From assembly GCF_027921745.1 (NCBI RefSeq), contig NC_079239.1, positions 62,001-126,000 of the forward strand: a stretch of 64,000 nt of DNA, given 5' to 3'. The notes beneath the pieces were generated by a model. The model saw nothing but the letters and a program-made list of their open reading frames with translations. It made no database searches and had not been told where the DNA came from. Of the stretch, positions 34,997 to 45,748 are shown piece by piece. The stretch comes from Schizosaccharomyces osmophilus (lineage: Eukaryota). The position numbers and the translations under genes were made by a program. Every line of letters starts with the position of its first letter. The first letter of the stretch is position 1.

Positions 34997-35532
34997 GCCA
35001 TGAAAAGATTCTTTCGTAGTCGTGCAAATCGGGTGGATTTATCCAAGTAATAGTTTCACACGCCGAAACAATAGTGCTGACTTTTTATCAAGCAAAAGGG
35101 ATTTATTTTTTGTTTTGATGTCAGATACCTTAGGTGCCGATACCGGGAGACTTTAGTATCGAGTAAATGTGACAACAGAGTAGAGTTGGTAGTATCATTT
35201 CAGTTTGAATTAGCTTAAATATATTAGTTGAATAGTATTAGATATGAAGAAAATTATTAACTATTAACATCTAAATAAATTAATTAATAAATAGCACAAT
35301 CTAACTGAAACCAAATCCTATCTTTAAACTGCATGTAAAAAGAAAAGAATAAAAACAAAACAAATATGGTAAATAAGATAAAAATAAACTTATTTCAAAA
35401 ATTTAAAGTCCGTGTAACAAAGGAAGGACTTGCAAACATCAAGCATGAGCAGACATGTTAAAAAATCAAGTTCATCATTACAACAATATAAATATGATGC
35501 GAGGAACTAAATTTTTCGTACAGTTTTCAGCT

Positions 35533-38493
35533 TTAATTGGAAAACAAAAACTGCATATCATCTACCGAGAGCTGGTTTAGAGCCTTTTCATCTTGATCTA
35601 TTGTAGCATGGATCATCTGTGCCTTCTTATCCTGAAGTTCGATGATCTTACTCTCAATCGAATTCTCAATGCAAAGAGTAGTGACACGAATTGGTCGCTT
35701 TTGTCCAATTCGATGGATTCGGTCCATGGCTTGCCATTGAACGGCTCCATTCCACCATGGGTCCATCATAAACACTTGAGAAGCTTCCGTAAGGTTCAAA
35801 GCAACACCACCGGCTTTCAGAGAAACAAGAAATATGCTGATGTTTATATCTTTACTAAAGGCTTCAATTGTTGCTGCTCGTGCTTTTGGAGTCATACCAC
35901 CGTCTAACTTCACGCAGTTAAACCCAGCTTTTCTAAGCCGCCAGTGAATCAGATCTAACATGGAAGTAAACTGAGAAAATACGATGGACTTTATGGTCCT
36001 ATCTTTTCTTCTTAATAGGTATAATTCCTCTACCAAAGCTTCGATTTTTGTGGAAGAACGCCAATTATTCATGTCAATACGATTGAGAATTGATGCATTC
36101 TTAAACTTCTCTTCTGAGAATTCTTCCATAGAAGGTGCACTTAGATCTATGCTTAACGGAATAAAACATGCGGGACATGCAACTTCTTCGGATTCACCCG
36201 CGGAATTCAAAAGTTCAGAGATACAAAGCCGACAAAACGTATGATGGCATCTAGACTCAATAGCATCTTGTGCGACTTCATCACATATTCTACACACTAT
36301 GTTCTCTTGCGTATCAACGTCCACTGTCTTTCTCTTACTCGCTAACACCAAGTCGGGATGATCTGCCATCTGGCGCATCCTAGTAATCAACTGGAAAATG
36401 TTTGCATAGTTGTTTAAAACGACACCTTGTGCAAGGTAAGTGTTAAACTTCCTTTTGGAGTCCATGTAAAGAGATTGATAAACATCTTCTTCCTCTTCAT
36501 TAAATAAATCACGTCGCACTTCTACGACGCGGGGAGGTAGACCTAAATCATCAGCCCTCTCTAACTTGGTTCGTCGAAGCATAATGTTGTTTAAAAGTCG
36601 ATGAACTTTTGCAAATCCAGCTCTTCCAGGTCCTTCACTCCCAAATTTTTGTATAGGCTTCAACATCTCTGCATTAAAATAACAAGTGTGACTCATTGGT
36701 TTATGACCACAATGGTCGCAATTGCTTCTATCCGAAAACTGCCACTGAAGAGACTTGCAATCACACTGCAAACAATAATAAAAAGCAAACGGATCAGCAC
36801 GTAAGAATCGAAGCAATGAAAATAACTCGCCAATTCGGTTTTGCAAAGGAGTGCCCGAAAGGCAAATTCGTCTCTTCGTTTTAAGGGTGCATACCGCCCT
36901 CGCAGTATTGCAAGTCCTGGATTTTATACCGTGAGCCTCATCTAAAATGATCCTGTAAAACTCCAAATTATGAAGCAAAGATTTCTCTTTAACAAGTCCT
37001 CCTTTACGGCGAAAACCCGAACGTTCTTTTCTATAAGCGGATTCAATGACATTGTAACTAGTCAAAACAACGTCATATTTTGACAAATCCTGAGGAGAAA
37101 TATTCCTAGATTGACCATAATACAAATACGTGCTTAAGGCTTTATTAGTATGAACATCAATCTCTTCTTTCCATTGCATGATAGCAACCACAGGAGCTAC
37201 CACCAAGGTAGGTTCCCCACGAGGTGTAGCAAGTAAAAGACCAATTGTTTGAATCGTTTTACCCATTCCCATTTCATCTGCCAAAATTCCTCCTCCAAAA
37301 GAAGATTCTTCCTGATGTCGGAGCCAGTATACACCTTCTCGCTGAAACGGTAGTAAACTCAATACTAACTCTTTCGGTTGCTCTACTTGTTGTACTTGTT
37401 GGGGGGAATCACGCTCGAGAGCATCCCACACATTGTCCAGTTCAGGGTGATTTCGAACTAACCGATGATGGGTCCGTTCATATGGTGGTATCCGAGTTGC
37501 AGGATTTTTGAAGGTATTAGTTGAAGTGGTAAAAGGAGAAGAAGACCCTCGAGAAGTTGATCGTCCTTTCCCTTTCCCTTTCCGCTTAACGCTGACGAGA
37601 GGAATAATGTCCTCATCTGTTTCAGTAGAAGAGTCATCCTTTACAATACCCTTTTCCTCGTCACTGTCATTTAAGTTAATTACACTAGCAATTGCATCAC
37701 CTTCGTCAGCATATTCAGAATCGGACTTTGGAGATCCTTCAGGCTCATCTGAATATTCGGGCGAGAAGGTCGCTGTTGACGAAGGTAGACTAGACTGGGA
37801 TTTTCTTGACCTTAATACGCGCCCCTCATTCGGTTTAACGCTAGATGGGTGTGCATGTAATTTCCTTTTCCTCTCATGACCCTCTAAACTTTGTAAATCC
37901 TCATTGATATCGAGTTTGGCTGCATCATCTTTTATGTCTATAGAAACCGTTTTAGGTAGTGATGGATTAACGCCTAACTCGTTATCGTTTTGCGGCTCGC
38001 TTTGACTTTGGGTATCCAATTGTCTTATACCAGGTCTCTGTGTATCATTGCCGTGAAAAAGCTGAGTCTGTTCCTCAAAAGCATTTGTTGTTTTTTTTAT
38101 TGCTTCAGACGCTTCACTATTTGAAATTAGCGAATGAATTGGCTCGTCATCTTCTGTATCGCTTGCGGCGATTATATCGGCGATGGGTGACGATGAATTC
38201 GCGTCTATGTCTTCGTTGTTTCTTTGGTTCTCTCTTTTTTCTAAAAGTACGGAAACGAATGTTTGATTTCCCTTTCCGGGCAAATCCTGTTGATTTAATG
38301 TTTTGTCATTTTCATTTACGGCATTAGGACCGCTGAAAGGATACAAATTGCGGGTATTCTGATTTTCTAAAGAACCAATTGTCTTATTTAGGCCATTTTC
38401 ATCAAGAATTTCTCTCGATCTATTTAATTTTTCGGTCAGAACGTCCATTTGTAGTTCGCTCTGGGTAAGTTCGCCACGCGTACTGAGTTTCAT
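35533..38493 (-). CDS. rhp16: Rad16-type SNF2 ATPase / RING E3 for global-genome NER (start uncertain: 38493 or 38448)
   Basis: [24 protein letters not shown]3HC4 RING and [11 protein letters not shown] motifs. Confidence 0.93.
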   Translation of the reverse strand: MKLSTRGELTQSELQMDVLTEKLNRSREILDENGLNKTIGSLENQNTRNLYPFSGPNAVNENDKTLNQQDLPGKGNQTFVSVLLEKRENQRNNEDIDANSSSPIADIIAASDTEDDEPIHSLISNSEASEAIKKTTNAFEEQTQLFHGNDTQRPGIRQLDTQSQSEPQNDNELGVNPSLPKTVSIDIKDDAAKLDINEDLQSLEGHERKRKLHAHPSSVKPNEGRVLRSRKSQSSLPSSTATFSPEYSDEPEGSPKSDSEYADEGDAIASVINLNDSDEEKGIVKDDSSTETDEDIIPLVSVKRKGKGKGRSTSRGSSSPFTTSTNTFKNPATRIPPYERTHHRLVRNHPELDNVWDALERDSPQQVQQVEQPKELVLSLLPFQREGVYWLRHQEESSFGGGILADEMGMGKTIQTIGLLLATPRGEPTLVVAPVVAIMQWKEEIDVHTNKALSTYLYYGQSRNISPQDLSKYDVVLTSYNVIESAYRKERSGFRRKGGLVKEKSLLHNLEFYRIILDEAHGIKSRTCNTARAVCTLKTKRRICLSGTPLQNRIGELFSLLRFLRADPFAFYYCLQCDCKSLQWQFSDRSNCDHCGHKPMSHTCYFNAEMLKPIQKFGSEGPGRAGFAKVHRLLNNIMLRRTKLERADDLGLPPRVVEVRRDLFNEEEEDVYQSLYMDSKRKFNTYLAQGVVLNNYANIFQLITRMRQMADHPDLVLASKRKTVDVDTQENIVCRICDEVAQDAIESRCHHTFCRLCISELLNSAGESEEVACPACFIPLSIDLSAPSMEEFSEEKFKNASILNRIDMNNWRSSTKIEALVEELYLLRRKDRTIKSIVFSQFTSMLDLIHWRLRKAGFNCVKLDGGMTPKARAATIEAFSKDINISIFLVSLKAGGVALNLTEASQVFMMDPWWNGAVQWQAMDRIHRIGQKRPIRVTTLCIENSIESKIIELQDKKAQMIHATIDQDEKALNQLSVDDMQFLFSN

Positions 38494-38539
38494 TAAAGGG
38501 TCAGAGTTACCCTCTTCCAAATTCAAAATATAAACACGA

Positions 38540-40276
38540 ATGTCTAGAGGAAGTCGAGTAAGAGGACCCAATTCAGCATTAACTGAATTTTTAAGGGTAT
38601 GTACTTCTCTATAGCCATAACTAACGAGCCTACAGTCTCAAGGGATCAATACATCTGCCTTGGGTAGAGCACGTCCTCCAAGTCCAGAATCTACAACTGA
38701 ACAGACTGACCAAGATTCTATTACGCCGATAAATGAAGCCGTAGAAACACCATTTCCCGAAGAAACGCCTCTCATTGAGACAACAACCGTTCAACTTCAG
38801 AGGCCACCCAGGTCTCGAGGTAGAAGCGTAAAAAAGAAGAAAAAACCTTTAGAAGAAGATAACAATGATGACGATAGTGACTACAACGTAAATTCTGGTT
38901 TTCGTCGTGCTGGATTTTCCTATAAGTCGCGTGAAAGTGCAGGTAAATTAGACTTTTGTGTTCACTGCCAATGTCGATTTACGATTACGCCTTACAGTAA
39001 ATACAGTGAGAAAGAAAACGGATGGCTTTGTTATCCTTGTAGTCGTGGTGCTGAAGAACAGCAGGTTCCTGAAATTCACACTCGAAAGCGACGTGCCATG
39101 ACAAGAAAAAAGGCTGCAGCAGCTACCATGGATGAAGAACTGAATGTTCCCAAGCTTCAAGATTTATGTATTTGCATCATTGCTGAATATATTCATGATA
39201 TCGAAGCTTTGGGAGATATAGGACAAATCAACATGGACAAAATAAGCCAGATAATATCCAAAAACAGATCTTTGGATGATACAACAGTGCAACTATTTTT
39301 GACTGGAGACCAAACGGAACTAAGGCTGTACGATTGCTCCAGATTAACGGCTGAAGCTTTGTTGCAAATTGTTCAGTATTGTCCTCGTTTACATACCCTA
39401 CATTTGACTTTTTGTGGACAAATGAAAGATGGAGTCCTTGATTTATATTCTGAAAAATTGACCGAACTAAAGGACCTTACTATCAATGGTGCCTTCCTTG
39501 TATCTACCGATACATGGATATCTTTCTTTAAGAAACGCGGTCCCCAGTTGACAAGACTAGAAATTACAGATACCGCAAAAGTTCGCTCTTCTGTTATAAA
39601 TGCAATTGCTGATTATTGTCCGAATCTCACGACTCTGACTTTATCACGGATTTTTTATATGGATGATGAATGTGTCCGCTTATTGTCTGGGTGTAAGAAC
39701 CTCACGACCCTGCGTATTGAGTCACCTGGTGAGACCGTTACTGATGGAAGTGTATTAGATGTTTTAAACCAAATTGGCAGTGGCCTTCAAACCCTTAGTT
39801 TAGCAGGCTGTTCCAAATTAACAGATGAAGTGTTACGACAAGGTATAGGACCCTGCTGTGGTCGTCTTCGTAATCTGGATTTAAGTGGTTTATCTGAATT
39901 GACGGATGATGAAGCGGCTTCAATGTTTGGCAGTTGGAACGTACAGTCCGGATTGGAAACATTATCTTTAAGAAGATGTTTAGGACTCGGTGATCGAACT
40001 GTTCGTGCTGTTTTGGTAAATTCGGGGCATTCGCTTTCCAGTTTGGATTTGAATGGATTAGCTTATGTCACGTCGAATTCTCTTCAATATCTAGCAACGT
40101 TTCCTCTTCCCAGGTTACAAACATTGGACGTTAGCTGGATTCGTGATATGAATGACAAACTTGTTTGTGAGTTTGAGGAAAATAAGCCTACACTTGAGAA
40201 ACTTTTAGTATGGGGCAATAACCACGTATTGATGCCGACGAAACGACTTTTGTTAATTGGAAGAGAGGTGCAATAA
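38540..40276 (+). CDS. rhp7: Rad7-type LRR NER protein; exons 38540-38596 and 38636-40276
   Basis: Exon 1 encodes the conserved [13 protein letters not shown]; 39-nt intron GTATGT...CTAAC...CAG; LRRs; ends IGREVQ. Confidence 0.93.
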
Positions 40277-40414
40277 TTTCGATTTAGAAAACTATAATTA
40301 TGCCATTTACTCTAATATCTTAGACTATTTATTTGAAATAGTTATCTATTTATTTTGCGATGATTATGACCTAGAATGGTGTACTAAACAAAAATGTTCC
40401 ATAAATAAAGATTA

Positions 40415-40485
40415 TGCTTCGGCCGGGAATCGAACCCGGGTCGCTTCGATGGCAACGAAGCATTATACCACTAAACCACCAAAGC
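40415..40485 (-). tRNA. tRNA-Gly(GCC)
   Basis: Reverse complement GCTTTGGTGGTTTAGTGGTATAATGCTTCGTTGCCATCGAAGCGACCCGGGTTCGATTCCCGGCCGAAGCA, 71-nt cloverleaf. Confidence 0.96.
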
Positions 40486-41383
40486 AGCTAATGCTTAATG
40501 AGTCTCTATGAATATTATATATCATAGCAAATAACAAACTACCTTTTTGCTACATAGATTATGTAGTTGGAAGCCAAAGTGAAGATGTCACATAAACAAA
40601 CCTTTGCGACACGCGTTTTCTTTTACGTAGAGTCTCAAGAAACAGTACTGTTCCAGGGATTTGTGATATTCACTATAAAGCGTAGCTCAAAGAGCTCTTA
40701 CTTGTACATATTTTATAATTGCTCATACTCAATTGTTTACGATTTGCTAAGGAATTATAGTATCTTCTCTAATTGTTCTCGCAGCAAGGGGCATCATGGT
40801 CTGTTCAAAATCACAAAGCCAATAAATTATCGATTTTATTTAATGCTTTTCATATTCGTAAGTGAGTTTTATAACTACGTAGTTCGACTAATAAAAAAAA
40901 AAAAAAAAGGTATATTATAGGCTTAACATATGTTCAAAAATCAGTGAATAAAAGTGCTATAAAATTGGTTTGTTTATAGTAATGTAAACAAATCCGAAGT
41001 TATGCAGATTGTTACCTTTTCCATGACTCGGCACTGCTTAAGCGATACGAAATTTCTTGCAGGAGCAAAAAATTTTCTTCATTCTTTGCCGATTGCTTGA
41101 ATTTGACTTGTAATTCTAAATGCGCTAAAAAGCAAAACTAAGTTGTAGTTATTTGGAGTAATAATCCTTTCAGTTCCGCCTTTCATAGTGGTTTGCGAAA
41201 TTTTTTCGTTGAATATTATACCAGAGAATTGTAATTTTACTACATTCACATCTCGTAATCCTTTTTTGTTTCCTATTATGGTGCAATTTTGACAGAAAAA
41301 TTGAACGAGCATTACCAAGCATGAATTTACGTTAAACAAGTCAAAAAAATAGATGAAATATTAACAGAAAGACGAGAACAAAA

Positions 41384-41502
41384 AGCCTACAGCATCCCGG
41401 ATTCCCATGTTGTCTCCAACCATAGTACTAACGAGACCCTCAGACGCTTAACTGCAGTGATCGGACGGGAACTGGTGTTTTCGCCTAGGTGTGGCCGTAG
41501 AC
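41384..41502 (-). rRNA. 5S rRNA gene, intact
   Basis: 119 nt, GTCTACGGCCACACCTAGGCGAAAACACCAG...GCTGTAGGCT, nearly identical to fission-yeast 5S; followed by a T-run terminator. Confidence 0.97.
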
Positions 41503-42129
41503 ATATACTTGGTAAAGCACTTGTATTTGACAATCTTAAAGTTTTCTGTCAGCTTGATGTACTTCTTTGGCTTATTACATGACAAGTGCGTGATATAATT
41601 AAGAATGAAAAATAAAATAAAACAAAAATGACTACAGGATTTATCGTGTACTCGGCAAAACCCGTTCTTCCTTGAGGTTAAAATTGAATCTTACTGCAAG
41701 CTGCCATCTTATATCGAAAAGACAAAGCTCAACTCATCCCAATGATTTGTCACCACATGAAAGTATTTGAAATGGAACTTGCTTTGAAAGGATGAAACCT
41801 TGGGATTCCTGCTCAAACAACCTGCTTGTACAAATTTTACAGCTAAAACACCAACACGAATGAAATAGATATTTGATATTACAGTGATTTTGACCGAGTG
41901 TTCTTCGAATGCGAAAGCGAAATGTTGGCCAATCTTGGTGTGACTACTATTAAGAGCGAAACTACATGTTCGTTTCGCTTCGCATGCAATTTTAATGTCA
42001 AATAATACAAAGTGGTAAAGAAACGAAAACAATAACTGTAATCAACAAAGGAAGATTCATCTTTTGCCCTCTTTCTTGGTACAACTATCTTTTCTACTGC
42101 AATTTTTGTGCAGCTACTTTTTGTAGAAA

Positions 42130-43029
42130 ATGCTACTCTCGATTTGCATTTTGGCCTTCGCAGTATGCTTTTCGTATGCAATAAATGCGACAGTATATGA
42201 TCCATTGTCTTTAGCAATCAATAAGAATGCCAGTGCAAGGAGTGCTAATTACCCATTTTATATCCAAGCTTTTCCATACGATTTCAACTGCCATGGTAAC
42301 CTCTCGTTCCTTCAAAGTCCTCCTCCTATTGACGGACAAGGAGTCTATTCGAGTATGAATAATGTCAGCTCGTTTTTGACGGTTCCTGCGGATAATACCA
42401 GTGTCACCTGTGTGTACACAGGATACGACAAAAGGACATGCTATTCGGGAGATTCTCCAAAATGCTTTAGTATATCAAGCAGTATAAACAACGTAGATGT
42501 TTCCATGAATGATTCTTCCCATGTACTCGATGTGGACAATGGGTTTCACGTCGTGTACACCGAGAGTTACTATATAATTACCCCACAAACCACGTATGCA
42601 TATGTTAATGAAAGCCTCGAAAAACCTAAACACGATCCGTATGCAATATATAGAATCTATTTGTATTCTTGTGACGGTAATCAAACGTGTATGTTTGATT
42701 ACTTGAGTGGGGCCTTAACCAGAGATAAACAGAGATGTGGTCGAGAGTATTCTATTAAAAATAGACACTTTGAAAATAAAGAAAAATTTGTAGCTTATTT
42801 TGACGCACAGCGACAAAATACTGCAAGACAGACGAGTCTGTCTTTTATCCCCCCAAAGTTCAAGGCGATTTCTAATGGGCAAGCAGTGACCCAAATTGAG
42901 TTGGAGTCATCCATAAATTATGTCGATTCTGGCATAGATTGTATCTCTTCATCTACCTCTGTTCGCATGAAATATGGGCCGCTGTGCATTTGCTTAGCTT
43001 TTGGATTGATAATGTCGATTTTTTCATAA
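42130..43029 (+). CDS. Uncharacterised secreted, probably GPI-anchored glycoprotein
   Basis: 299 aa; signal peptide; at least 8 N-x-S/T sites; several Cys; small-residue omega region followed by a hydrophobic tail. Confidence 0.75.
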   Translation: MLLSICILAFAVCFSYAINATVYDPLSLAINKNASARSANYPFYIQAFPYDFNCHGNLSFLQSPPPIDGQGVYSSMNNVSSFLTVPADNTSVTCVYTGYDKRTCYSGDSPKCFSISSSINNVDVSMNDSSHVLDVDNGFHVVYTESYYIITPQTTYAYVNESLEKPKHDPYAIYRIYLYSCDGNQTCMFDYLSGALTRDKQRCGREYSIKNRHFENKEKFVAYFDAQRQNTARQTSLSFIPPKFKAISNGQAVTQIELESSINYVDSGIDCISSSTSVRMKYGPLCICLAFGLIMSIFS

Positions 43030-43454
43030 TTAAAGATAGAACTAATAGAATAGAATAGAATTAGAGTGAGTCATTCCTTTTTAATTTCTTTTTTCATCTA
43101 TTATTAGTCGTTTTATATTTTTACTGTAAGGTCGCATTCATTCCTAGTTTTTCACTCCTTTTCCGTTTCCTTCTTTTCATTCAATGATTCACTAGGTGCT
43201 TAGTCACTTGCATCCATCATGGAAGTGAAACTGATACAAAATTAGGTGGTGCAAGCGAACTTTGATACATGGTTATGTAAACGGTTAGAAGTATGCAAAT
43301 TTACAAAGCTTCAAAAGAAATAAAGCTTTGTGTATAAAGAGAGTAAATTTCTAGGAATATAAGTCTTTAAGATTTGCATATAGAATAGTGAAAATCACAA
43401 ACTGAAGTTTATTAAAGTTTGACTTGTTAGTTTGTATTCTTTGCATTAATCACA

Positions 43455-43663
43455 ATGGCATTGCAATATATTGTGAATGACACTAAGTGCGGCTTTGGCC
43501 AATTGAAGCTTCATGAAGCCAACCAAATTAGCTCTTAAACCCAACGAGGTTCAAGTAAGAATGAAAGCGGCTTCTCTCAACTACATAGACTTGGTCATCA
43601 TCAAAGGATTGTACTCTGTTCCTTTGGAGCTTCCTGTGATTCCTGGCTCTGATGGTCGGTGAG
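43455..43663 (+). pseudogene. 5' fragment of an MDR / zinc-type alcohol dehydrogenase-like gene (adh8-like)
   Basis: MALQYIVNDTKCGFGQLK, frameshift, then LKPNEVQVRMKAASLNYIDLVIIKGLY...PVIPGSDG; similarity then stops abruptly. Confidence 0.8.
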
Positions 43664-44384
43664 GACCTAGAGGAATTCCAACCTGTTATGCTTAGTACAA
43701 GAAAAGAAAAGAAAAGAGGAATGAATACGACGAATGAAAATAAACTTTTTGGTTCCATAAATGTTTAAACAGACTTGCAAATTCCGTTCCTACTGATCAT
43801 CTCTTTGTACCCGTTACTTGTAGAGTAACAATCGATTTCTGATGGCATTCATTCTTTCGTACCGATCATATAGGAACATGTCACGGCAAACTACTAATAC
43901 TCTAAATAATGTGAAAAAGTGAGTAGGATAGAGTGGTGGTTTCGTGGTCAAGTTAAGTATTTTTAACCTAGTATTTTAAAACCATCTAAGGAGTTCTTTG
44001 AATAGTAACAGCCTAGTGATACTAAAACATACCGTAGGATTTCCATCTTGAACGCCGTAACATAGGCACCGATCACAGCTACATGTACATTGGAAGAATG
44101 CTTTGGCCCTATACATTTATGCCAAAACAGATTTTTAGGAAAGATAGCAATGTCTATTTTACTGATCAAAATACCGAACCAACTTTTAGCATTTCTTACA
44201 AAAACACTCGCCTTTTCTGGAATTTATGCATTGAAAATAAACGAATATACATTTCTATCTATGTAAAACAAACAAAATAACGAAATCATCATTAATTAAA
44301 AAATAATGTAAGCAAACCGAATACATTTCTCTTTTCCAAAAACGGCATTAAGCAACCTAAAATATCAAAGCTTGTAGCGAAAAT

Positions 44385-45617
44385 CTAAACTAAAGAAACA
44401 GGGCGTCTCTTTTCTTCAGCTTGAGGGTCATACTGCAATTCTTTGCCATAATTAGGGAATGTATTGTAACCGTAATTATGAGTAGCATAAAATAAAGAAC
44501 GAACATAAGGAGTAAGCTCATGACCCTTCTTCAGTCTTTCAACCAAATCCGGGTTGGAAATAAAATATCTTGAGAAACCAATCATAGTACGATTGTCGCC
44601 ATTAACATCAGACTTCAATAACTTGAATTCAGGACTGTCATAGGTATAGTTACCAGTCTGTAGAATAGCTCCCTTCCATAAAGACTTAACAAAATCGTTG
44701 GAGCCAACAACGTCAGAGATGTTGAGGTCCGCAATTAAGCCAACGATATCCCTGCCTCCACTAATTCTAGGTTCCACAATAGAAAGGTAAGCAAGCTGTT
44801 TACCATAATCTGCACGCTTTTGAAGCTCATTCACCACATAACTAAAAGTGGTGATAGGATGCACTGAATCCTCGTCACCCTTTATTCCTTGGAATTTGGC
44901 CCAAGGCGATAATCGAATTGCAAGTTTCTCGGCGCCAATGGTCTCACTCAAGAGGTCGATAATTTCCAGTATAATTCTTGCACGCTTTTCAATAGAACCA
45001 CCATAGCTGTCCGTTCTTTGGTTGCTAACAGGTTGTAAGAATTGGTCAAGCATGTATCCATGAGCACTGTGAATTTCGACATAATCAAATCCAGCGTTTA
45101 TGGCATTGATGGCTGCGTTCTTGTAATCTTCATAAATGATACTCTTGATTTCTTCTTCGGATAAGGCTCTAACAGGATTGCCTGCAGCTTCGGCAGCCTT
45201 TTTGGAATCTTCACTACCATAAAGAGCAGAGGAGGAAACCAAATCCAAACCATGTTTTTTCAAAAGTTCTGGGGATCCGACTCTACCCAAAAACCAAAAT
45301 TGGCTTGCTATTAAACTACCCTTTGCATGTACTGCGTCTGTAATTTTCTTCCATCCTTGAACATGTTTCTCGTTCCAAATACCGGGAATATTAGGGTATA
45401 ATCCAGAGCGAGGCGAAATGAATGTGGCTTCTGAAATGAGCAAAGTACCAGAAGCTTGTGCTCTGTCGGAATAATATTGTAACATCAAATCACTTGGAGT
45501 ATGGTCATCAGCAGCACGGAATCTTGTTGTAGGAGCAAAGGCTATCCTCTGATCTAGTGTATGTTTACCAACAGTAATTGGTTTAAACAAATTTGTTTGT
45601 TCCAATCCGGCAGTCAT
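44385..45617 (-). CDS. Old yellow enzyme (NADPH:flavin oxidoreductase), OYE2.6/Ebp1-like
   Basis: APTTRFRA, YYSDRA, EIHSAHGYMLDQF, NQRTDSYGGS, IRLSPW and SNPDLVERL motifs. Confidence 0.95.
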   Translation of the reverse strand: MTAGLEQTNLFKPITVGKHTLDQRIAFAPTTRFRAADDHTPSDLMLQYYSDRAQASGTLLISEATFISPRSGLYPNIPGIWNEKHVQGWKKITDAVHAKGSLIASQFWFLGRVGSPELLKKHGLDLVSSSALYGSEDSKKAAEAAGNPVRALSEEEIKSIIYEDYKNAAINAINAGFDYVEIHSAHGYMLDQFLQPVSNQRTDSYGGSIEKRARIILEIIDLLSETIGAEKLAIRLSPWAKFQGIKGDEDSVHPITTFSYVVNELQKRADYGKQLAYLSIVEPRISGGRDIVGLIADLNISDVVGSNDFVKSLWKGAILQTGNYTYDSPEFKLLKSDVNGDNRTMIGFSRYFISNPDLVERLKKGHELTPYVRSLFYATHNYGYNTFPNYGKELQYDPQAEEKRRPVSLV

Positions 45618-45620
45618 TGT

Positions 45621-45748
45621 TTACTAAAGAGTGTATAATACAAGGTTTCTTAGCAGGTTTGCCGAGATTCTTAGTAATGAGAGATGCTTCTTTTCTTTCC
45701 TTTAATTTATATGTTTGGGTTAGCAAAGTTTTGGTGTTGGCTTACTAA
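45621..45748. promoter_or_regulatory. Three Pap1/Yap1 elements upstream of the OYE gene
   Basis: TTACTAA at 45621 and 45742; TTAGTAA at 45671. Confidence 0.55.
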
